From contig OZ240219.1 in assembly GCA_965197645.1 (NCBI GenBank), positions 3,136,001 to 3,200,000 of the forward strand: a stretch of DNA of 64,000 nucleotides, written 5' to 3'. The notes beneath the pieces were generated by a model that was not told the origin of the DNA, ran no database searches, and was given only the letters and a program-made list of their open reading frames with translations. The position numbers and the translations under genes were made by a program. This stretch comes from Dehalococcoidia bacterium. GTDB lineage: Bacteria; Chloroflexota; Dehalococcoidia; Plut-88900. Positions 57,472-64,000 of this stretch are shown here, piece after piece. Within the stretch, counting starts at the first letter, position 1. Every line of letters begins with the position of its first letter.

Positions 57472-58083
57472 CTACTCTATCGGTGCAGCTTGACCTCCCA
57501 GCGAAAAGTTCGCAGTTCGGTATGCCCCTGCCCACCAGTCGGCGCAGTAACTGCGGGATATCCCAGCCTCGATTAGAGGGTAGCGGTTCGTCATCCACCG
57601 GTCGCGGGAGGTCCTCATGCGTATGGCCTCGTCGGTAGAGATGCCGAGCCACAGTTCGACGGTGGTTCCGGCGGGGACGCGCTGCCTCGGCCTGAGTCCC
57701 AGCATCTCCCGAATCCTGCGTCGTATGGGCCTGATCTTGTAGTTGTCGGTGCATTGGCGCCTGCCGATGCCGTCGCCCTCCCCGTCGCCTCCCTTCAGGT
57801 AGACGGGTATGTCCACGTAGTTTCGGGAGCCCGAGTGGTTGGTGAGGGCCTTCACGTCCTCGCGGAGACTGCGCCCGTTGTCCACGACGTGCAGGGGAAA
57901 GCTCAGCCGGTCTTTCAACCACGCCAGGTGCTCGTAGATGCTGGGGGGCTCCCACCGGGTGTCGGCGAAGATGGCGCAGTCGGGAACGCGGTCGAATGCC
58001 CCCTCGTTTGCCATGAGCGCCATGACCGAGGACGGGACGCCCCCGCCCAGGCTGATGACGGTGAGGGTAGGCTGGGGACGCAT
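57472..58083 (-). pseudogene. 3'-truncated PAPS-reductase-like (PP-loop) gene
   Basis: SLGGGVPSS, IFADT.WE, RQCT..YKI.PI, WLGISTDE, YPLIE; resemblance ends near 57535, before the expected Cys-rich C-terminal motif. Confidence 0.65.
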
Positions 58084-58301
58084 CAGCCCTGCTCCTCGGC
58101 GTGGCCTTCAGCCCGCGCGGCGGCGTCCCGCACCGGCTCGGACTGCCTGTCCCTGGCGGCGTGCTTGATCATCATGGTGATGATGCGGCGCAGGCGGTCC
58201 CGGGCGTCGGGTGCGGGCCTGGAAGAGACCGTGATGACGCCTATCTCAAAGGCGCCGCCGCGGGGCTTCCTCCGTCCGTTCTGTTTCTTCTCATTCTTCA
58301 T
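58083..58301 (-). CDS. Small hypothetical protein (72 aa)
   Basis: Stop overlaps the next ATG; co-oriented with the element backbone. Confidence 0.55.
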   Translation of the reverse strand: MKNEKKQNGRRKPRGGAFEIGVITVSSRPAPDARDRLRRIITMMIKHAARDRQSEPVRDAAARAEGHAEEQG

Positions 58302-58485
58302 ATAGGTCTATTCCATCGGCCATATCGCGGGGCGCACGAGGCCCCTGCGCTCACCCCATCGTCTTTGTCGGAAGCCGCCGGTCTATCGCGTTCTCCTGAT
58401 GTCGGTCGTGCTCCCTTCGCACCTCGGTGCGAGCGTTCTTGAAGCCTGGAGCTGTCCTGTCCGGGGGCCGCGTAGGCCCCCGCGT

Positions 58486-58788
58486 CTATCCGGCCCGGAC
58501 GCCTTCCGCCGGACCGCTGACGGGCACCTTTATGACCCTTATGGGTGGAAGCAGGTGTCCGAGTCCCCTGCTCTCGGCCAGGTCCTGAATGGCGAGGAGA
58601 TAGTCGGTGCTGGGTCTGATCCCCGCGTTTCGCCATCGCCACAGGGTGGCGGTGGTGGTGCCCAGCAGCCAGGCGATCTCGTCCCAGGTCATCCCTAAAG
58701 CCTCCTTGAAGCGCTCCAGGGCCTGGGGGAAGTCGTCGGGGAAGACATCGGGACGGACGCTCCCGTTATGTGTGCTCTGGCAGGTCAT
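58486..58788 (-). CDS. XRE-family HTH protein
   Basis: GMTWDEIAWLLGTTTATLWRWRNAGIRP. Confidence 0.8.
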   Translation of the reverse strand: MTCQSTHNGSVRPDVFPDDFPQALERFKEALGMTWDEIAWLLGTTTATLWRWRNAGIRPSTDYLLAIQDLAESRGLGHLLPPIRVIKVPVSGPAEGVRAG

Positions 58789-58795
58789 GAGGGTG

Positions 58796-59143
58796 TCAGT
58801 CCTGCTGGTCGTCCTGGTCGTGCCGGTCGTGCCGGTCCTCCCAGTCCTGCCAGAGGTACATCTGGAACCCGTCCCCCATGAGGATGTCGAGGCCCCCCGG
58901 TATGAGGGCCGCGAGCTTCACGAGGGCGTGGTAGCCGTCGCCGTCGGGCTTGACGCCCCTGCGCCACCTGTGGACGCGCTTCTTGTCGACGCCGAGGGCG
59001 TCGGCGAAGGCGTTCCAGGTGAGGCCGCTGGCCTCCCAGAGCCGTTCGAGGCGCTTGGGGAAGTCCTTGGGCAGGACGCCGCTCAGGTAGGGTGCGATGT
59101 GGCCGGCGATGACGATGCCGGCCACCTGTTTAAGGGTCTCCAT
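58796..59143 (-). CDS. XRE-family HTH protein
   Basis: GLTWNAFADALGVDKKRVHRWRRGVKP; GAGGAGG SD before ATG 59143. Confidence 0.8.
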   Translation of the reverse strand: METLKQVAGIVIAGHIAPYLSGVLPKDFPKRLERLWEASGLTWNAFADALGVDKKRVHRWRRGVKPDGDGYHALVKLAALIPGGLDILMGDGFQMYLWQDWEDRHDRHDQDDQQD

Positions 59144-59417
59144 CTTGCTCCTCCTCATCGAGCTTGAAGAGCTCGTGAAAGTCCTCGAATCCGAGGGCCT
59201 TGAGCATCCTTCTGCGGATGCGTCCGGAGGGTGCGCGGCCTGCCGTGACCAGCTTGGACATATAGCCGGAGCTGATCCCTATCTCCTGGGCGAGCCAGTT
59301 CTGGGAGCGGTTCAGCAGCGCCAACCGCGCCCAGAGCGACCGGGCGTTGAGGCGCACTGTTGAGCGAGCGCCCCGCCTCCGGCGGCCTCTCGGTTCTTCG
59401 TTCCGTTCCGGTTCCAT
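59130..59417 (-). CDS. XRE-family HTH protein
   Basis: SQNWLAQEIGISSGYMSKLVTAGRAPS; GGAGG SD. Confidence 0.82.
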   Translation of the reverse strand: MEPERNEEPRGRRRRGARSTVRLNARSLWARLALLNRSQNWLAQEIGISSGYMSKLVTAGRAPSGRIRRRMLKALGFEDFHELFKLDEEEQDGDP

Positions 59418-59483
59418 GTGTTGAAGACCTCCTTTCGGTACTGGGCGGGAGCCGCCGCTGCACTCCCGTCCCGTACGGCGTGT

Positions 59484-61115
59484 TCAGCGGGCCAGCAGGA
59501 CGTGGGCGGGCTCCCAGTCGCCTGGAGACCGCCACGCCCTTCCCAGCGGGCCCAGCGCGTCGATGACGGCGCTGTGGGAGACCCACAGGGGCACGCTGAC
59601 CCCGGCGCGGTCCATCTCGTCCCTCGCCACTCTCAGGAAGTTGGTGGCGGCGATGTCGTCGTCGAAGACGATCAGGACGGAGGGCCTGGCGCCGTGGTCG
59701 TCGATGGGACCGTGAGATAAGTAGTAGCGCAGATAGGGGGCGATCCGCGTCGCCATTGTCGAGGGGCGCACCGCTCGCCTCTCCCACTCCAGGAAGAAGG
59801 GCGAGGCGGCCGGGCCTCTTCGGAGGACGCCGAAGGCGTCGGGGTTGACGGAGCGGTTCCGTCCCTCGTGCTTGAAGTGCCTCGACGCGCTCCTGGGCGG
59901 GTCGATCTGGGCCAGCTCCCACCCCAGGGCGTGGGCCTGCCGCGCCAGGGCGGCGACGAAGGCGTGAACGGCCCCGGTGTGCTCGATGTTCCTGAGCAGC
60001 TGGCGGCTCCTGCCGCCGGAGACGTTGCGCCAGTCGCATGGGGCTTCGGCGTCCACGGGAGCGACGCTCCATCGCCTCCTCGCGACGGCGACGGAGGTGC
60101 GGTCCCTACGGGCCAGGAGCGCCACGCCCCGGTCGGTGAGGGCGAGTCGTCCGCTCCCGTCGATGGGCCGGGTCACGAGGCCGAACCCTTCCAGGGGGTT
60201 GACGAGCTGGGAAGCGCGGCGCTCGGAGACGGCCATCAGGCTCGCCAGCTCGGTGCGGAGCAGCCAGGGCCAGTCATAGATAAGGTCGAGGGCGCGCTTC
60301 TCGGCGGGTTTGAGAAGGACGGGCAGAGCGCGGTCTGCGTCCGGGGCGCCGTCGCCGGGCAGGTCCGCCTGCGAGGGGTTAGCCTCCACGGGCAGCTCTC
60401 CTCCGGGAGCCAGTTGCCCCAGGGCGTTCCGCAGATTGGCGGGCGGGCCGGAGGCGGCGGGACGCCACACCTCGTCCTCGGGTCCGGCGAGGGCCGCGTC
60501 CCGTTCCAGGGCCAGCAGCGCCTCCACGGTGCGGGGCAGCATCTTGCGGGCGTGTCTGAGCCGCACCTCGTCGGTGACCAGGACGAGGACCGTTCCGGGG
60601 CGCGGCCCGTCCCGCAGCTTCCAGAGCCGCCGTGAGAAGCCCGTCCTGTCGGCGGCGTGTCCCTGCCTTGCGATCCCCACGGTCCGCCCGCCAGGAAGGG
60701 TCATGGCGGCGTCGAGGGGACCGGCCCGGTACAGGCGGAGGCCGACCGGGTGGGCGACGCCGGCTACGGTCGAGGCCAGGCGGTATACGACGGCCAGGGC
60801 GTCGAGCCGGTCCATCAGGATGCGCAGCCACTGGACGGAGACGGGGCGGGAGCGCAGCAGGTCGTCGGGGGTGGAGCCCTCGCTCTCGGCCAGCGCGCCC
60901 AGTCCCCTGGCGGTGAGGTGGTAGCGGCGGGTCGGCGGTATCAGGTCCGCCGCGTGGGGCACGTGGGCGACGAGGCCCGCGTCCTCCAGCCCGCCGACCG
61001 CCTCGTAGACCGCGCTCCTCGACGCGCCGGACATGGCGGCCAGCTCCAGCCGGTCGGCGAAGGGGCACGACGCGATGACGCCGAGCGTCTCCCGTTCACT
61101 GCCGTTGATCTTCAT
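59484..61115 (-). CDS. Replication-relaxation family (Replic_Relax) relaxase-like protein
   Basis: wHTH-like LT.RG, H, PDAFG, FFLEWER, YLRYY; directly downstream of the T4CP. Confidence 0.78.
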   Translation of the reverse strand: MKINGSERETLGVIASCPFADRLELAAMSGASRSAVYEAVGGLEDAGLVAHVPHAADLIPPTRRYHLTARGLGALAESEGSTPDDLLRSRPVSVQWLRILMDRLDALAVVYRLASTVAGVAHPVGLRLYRAGPLDAAMTLPGGRTVGIARQGHAADRTGFSRRLWKLRDGPRPGTVLVLVTDEVRLRHARKMLPRTVEALLALERDAALAGPEDEVWRPAASGPPANLRNALGQLAPGGELPVEANPSQADLPGDGAPDADRALPVLLKPAEKRALDLIYDWPWLLRTELASLMAVSERRASQLVNPLEGFGLVTRPIDGSGRLALTDRGVALLARRDRTSVAVARRRWSVAPVDAEAPCDWRNVSGGRSRQLLRNIEHTGAVHAFVAALARQAHALGWELAQIDPPRSASRHFKHEGRNRSVNPDAFGVLRRGPAASPFFLEWERRAVRPSTMATRIAPYLRYYLSHGPIDDHGARPSVLIVFDDDIAATNFLRVARDEMDRAGVSVPLWVSHSAVIDALGPLGRAWRSPGDWEPAHVLLAR

Positions 61116-63678
61116 CGGGACGCTCCTTCCTCTGCGCCTTGCGCCTGCTGGTCCGCTTCCACCTATCGGGGCCGTGGGGAGTCTTCTTCTCTTCTGTCTG
61201 CGGGCCGGTCTCGTTCAGGGTCTCGACTCCCCTGCGGAACTCCTCCACCTTCCCGTGGCCCTGGGCCTCGGCGAAGGCGAGCTGCTGGGCCGAGACGGTG
61301 TATGCGGAGCTGGCCCTACGGATGCGGTCCGCCCCGTCCCGGTCTCCCCTCTCCGGCTTTCTCACCTCCATCGAGAAGGAGTCCATCCGCTCCGTGCCGA
61401 CGGTGGCTCGGACGTAGCAGTGGTGGACGGGCAGCGACACGATGTCCTCCTCGGTCACCCTGTCCTTGCCCAGCTCCCAGACCAGGTGGCGGGCGTCGGA
61501 GCCGGCCACCTGGAAGACGGCGAGGCACCCGACGTTGGCGAGCAGGGTGTCCCGCATGGTGCGGGAGAGGTCGTCGAGCTTGGCGAGGCTCTGGGTGGCG
61601 AGGATGAAGGAGGCGCCGAACTTGCCCAGCTCGCTGAGCATCGACTCGTAGTCGACGCCGGGCATGGTCTGCATCTCGTCCACGACCACCAGCGCGCCCC
61701 GCCGCTCCCGCAGGGACACGCTTCCCTGTTCCCGTATCACGGCGTCCACGAGGTTGAGCAGGGACGCGCCCACCAGGGCGGCCACGTCCCTGCCGACGGT
61801 CCCCTGGGAGGTGGAGACCAGCAGGACGCCGCCGTTGAGGATGGTCTCGCGAATGTCGATGGTGGAGCGGCGCTGGCCGAGGATGGCCCGCGCCCGCTTG
61901 GAGGAGGCGTAGTAGGACAGCCGGGTCTGGACGGGGGCGAGGGCCTCGGCGCGGTACTGGCGGTGCCAGCTGCCGAAGTCCCTGGCCCACCATTCGAGGA
62001 GGTAGGGGTCGGAGACCTTCGCCAGGACGGCGTTCCGGTACGGGTCGTTGGACAGGAGGCGCAGCCCGTCCAGAATGGTGTGCTGCTCGTTCTCGTCGGT
62101 CTCGGGGTGCTCGTTGGCCTCGTGGAGGGTCTTGACCGTCTGTTCGAGGATGGACTGCATCCTCGGCCCCCACTGCTCCCACAGGCCCTTGGCGACGCGC
62201 ACCACCGAGTCGGCGGTGCGGTCGCGGTCGGCGAAGACGCGGGTGTCGAGGAGGTTGATGCCGGGGGAGCGGGAGGGGTCCGACAGGTCTATCAGGCGCA
62301 CCCTGTCGGTGAGGGAGTCGGGGACGTGTTCGAGGATGCCGTCGACGAGATCGGTGTGGGGGTCTATGACGACGATGGCGTCGTGGTCCCTTCCCTCGGC
62401 CTTCTCCCGCATCTTGTGGACGGCTATGTGGTGCATGAGGGTGGACTTGCCCATGCGGGTGCGCGCCACATAGAGGTGGTGGCGGCGAAGCAGGTCCTCG
62501 GGGAAGTGGACGGGCATGGGCTTGCCCGCGGTGGTGTCTCCCACCAGCGCGCCTCCCCTGATCCCCCTGGCCGAGGGGATGAGCCCCTTAGCGCCGGAGC
62601 GCTCCACCAGGGGCGTCTCGTCGCCCGCTCCGGGCGGGTGCCAGAGGGCGGCCGCCTCGCGGACTCCCAGGACGCTGCGCCCCCCGAACAGCCCTGGGCC
62701 TGCCGGGTGGAGCAGCGACGGGTCGGGCGCGACGGGTTTCACCTTGTCCACCTTGAACCGGGCTCCTGCGGGGTTGTCGAAGTGGCGGTAGGCCGCGCCC
62801 ACCGGCCCCAGGAGCTCGGCGGCGCGCTGCTGCCCCGTCGCGGCGGGCAGGACCGCCGTGACCTGTATCTCGGCGTCGAAGGCGATGCGGGAGACCTTCT
62901 CCTTGATGAGCAGAGGGTCTTCCACCCGCTTGCTGGCCTTCTTCCAGCGGTGCCACGCCCACCCGCCCACGGCCAGCCCCAGGGCCGTGACCGTGCCCAA
63001 CAGCGCCGCCTTCCATACCTCGCCGTCCTGCACCCACAGGTAACCCTTGAGGGCGGCCAGCGCCCCGATGCCGAGGACGGCCATCGTGATGCCGTCCATC
63101 TGGAGGGGCTTGGTCTGGTAGGTGTAGGCGGGCTCCCTCGGCTCCATGCCGGGCCGCTTGTGGGCCTTGTCCATGTGGACCTGGGACCAGTCGGGTCCCA
63201 GGGAGCGCAGCATCAGCCGCGCCACCACTCGCTCCCCCTCGTTGAGGGCCGAGAGCGCCCCCATGAGGGCGATGAGGGGGTCGGAGCCGGGGTCAAGCAG
63301 GTCGTCGTCCCTGAAGGTGCGCAGGGGGACGTACTCGGGGCCGTCGGCCCGCAACGTGGTCGACCACGCCTGCTCGCCCTCGCCCAGGCGCAGGGGGTCG
63401 TCGCCGGGGTCCACCTTACGGATGCGGGCCTGGGGGTAGTGGGCGGAGAGCTGGCCGCGCACCACCTGGTCGTCGAGGCAGCGGGCCATGAGGGTCACGC
63501 CGTCCATGTCCCCGGCCAGCTCCAGGGAGAAGGGCTCGGGGACGGCGATGGACTGGAGCAGGTTCTCAACGCCCAGGAGCGTGCGCTCCCCCGTCCTGGG
63601 CGGCGTCACCGCCAGCAGGACGGGGTCCTTCCTGTCGCTGCCGTCTCCAAAGAGGATTTCCTTCGGGTTCAGCTTCAT
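61096..63678 (-). CDS. Type IV coupling protein (VirD4/TraD-like)
   Basis: Two TM helices, Walker A ARTRMGKS, VIDPH.DL, Walker B VVDEMQ, ILATQ. Confidence 0.88.
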   Translation of the reverse strand: MKLNPKEILFGDGSDRKDPVLLAVTPPRTGERTLLGVENLLQSIAVPEPFSLELAGDMDGVTLMARCLDDQVVRGQLSAHYPQARIRKVDPGDDPLRLGEGEQAWSTTLRADGPEYVPLRTFRDDDLLDPGSDPLIALMGALSALNEGERVVARLMLRSLGPDWSQVHMDKAHKRPGMEPREPAYTYQTKPLQMDGITMAVLGIGALAALKGYLWVQDGEVWKAALLGTVTALGLAVGGWAWHRWKKASKRVEDPLLIKEKVSRIAFDAEIQVTAVLPAATGQQRAAELLGPVGAAYRHFDNPAGARFKVDKVKPVAPDPSLLHPAGPGLFGGRSVLGVREAAALWHPPGAGDETPLVERSGAKGLIPSARGIRGGALVGDTTAGKPMPVHFPEDLLRRHHLYVARTRMGKSTLMHHIAVHKMREKAEGRDHDAIVVIDPHTDLVDGILEHVPDSLTDRVRLIDLSDPSRSPGINLLDTRVFADRDRTADSVVRVAKGLWEQWGPRMQSILEQTVKTLHEANEHPETDENEQHTILDGLRLLSNDPYRNAVLAKVSDPYLLEWWARDFGSWHRQYRAEALAPVQTRLSYYASSKRARAILGQRRSTIDIRETILNGGVLLVSTSQGTVGRDVAALVGASLLNLVDAVIREQGSVSLRERRGALVVVDEMQTMPGVDYESMLSELGKFGASFILATQSLAKLDDLSRTMRDTLLANVGCLAVFQVAGSDARHLVWELGKDRVTEEDIVSLPVHHCYVRATVGTERMDSFSMEVRKPERGDRDGADRIRRASSAYTVSAQQLAFAEAQGHGKVEEFRRGVETLNETGPQTEEKKTPHGPDRWKRTSRRKAQRKERPDEDQRQ

Positions 63679-63694
63679 GGTGTTATTCCTTTCT

Positions 63695-64000
63695 CTAATG
63701 GCGTCCGGGCCGCCACTCGATGACCTCCGCCTCCTCCGGGGTGGCCTCGATGCGGACGGGGAAGCGGTGTCCCTTCGCCAGCAACAGGCCGTCTCCACGG
63801 GGGCAGGACAGGAGCCAGCGCTGGAGGTCCTCGGGCAGATCGAAGGCGTCGCCGACCGCGCCTACGGCGGCGGCGTCCTGCTGGAGAAGCAGCTTGAAGG
63901 CGGCGTTCTGGAGGAGCGCCCTGCCGGAGTGTCCGGTGATGGTCCTCGACGTGTCCTCGGAGAGCAGGTCCTGGACGTCCTGGGTGATGAACTGGAGGCC
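63695..64000 (-). CDS. VirB4-like conjugation ATPase, C-terminal part (runs off the window)
   Basis: Translates to GLQFITQDVQDLL...GRALLQNAAFKLLLQQD...RGDGLL...IEATPEE. Confidence 0.8.
   Translation of the reverse strand, partial: GLQFITQDVQDLLSEDTSRTITGHSGRALLQNAAFKLLLQQDAAAVGAVGDAFDLPEDLQRWLLSCPRGDGLLLAKGHRFPVRIEATPEEAEVIEWRPGRH

Larger units (their letters stand above)
41054..64000 (-). mobile_element. Integrative (conjugative) element with defence cargo; continues beyond the window
   Basis: Terminal large serine recombinase, relaxase, T4CP, VirB4-like ATPase and XRE regulators, all co-oriented; visible base-composition shifts. Confidence 0.85.

Noticed and set aside
61033-63723. 896-aa plus-strand ORF
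   Set aside because: Antisense shadow of the coupling-protein gene in very GC-rich DNA

Overview
GC-rich bacterial chromosome segment, most likely from Chloroflexota (Dehalococcoidia/SAR202-like; this is an inference from gene content). Bases 1-36.9k are core genes: polX, secA, prs, a clpC-hspR-dnaJ operon divergent from hsp20, a thrC-NIL-MoaD cluster, ggt, aroKB-aroC-aroE-yqgF-alaS, an otsA-like gene, galU, an MFS transporter, lepA, two LLM oxidoreductases and tRNA-Leu(TAG). Intergenic gaps hold a modular palindromic repeat family and one MITE-like copy. Bases 36.9-41.0k encode two repeat-rich lipoproteins. From 41.05k to the window end lies an integrative, probably conjugative, element: a large serine recombinase with a structured leader RNA, a relaxase, a VirD4-like coupling protein, a partial VirB4 and three XRE regulators. 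It carries a ~14 kb, less GC-rich, co-oriented 10-gene cassette that appears to have truncated a PAPS-reductase-like backbone gene. The cassette order is RHH regulator, C5 DNA methyltransferase, MORC/MutL ATPase, Z1 protein, DUF4420 nuclease, MIG-type T/G glycosylase, ParB-like protein, PD-(D/E)XK protein, EVE-like/HNH nuclease and a 1401-aa sacsin-like GHKL-HNH protein. This cassette is the best candidate for an undescribed composite anti-phage system. All family calls rest on motif recognition by eye; no database searches were run.
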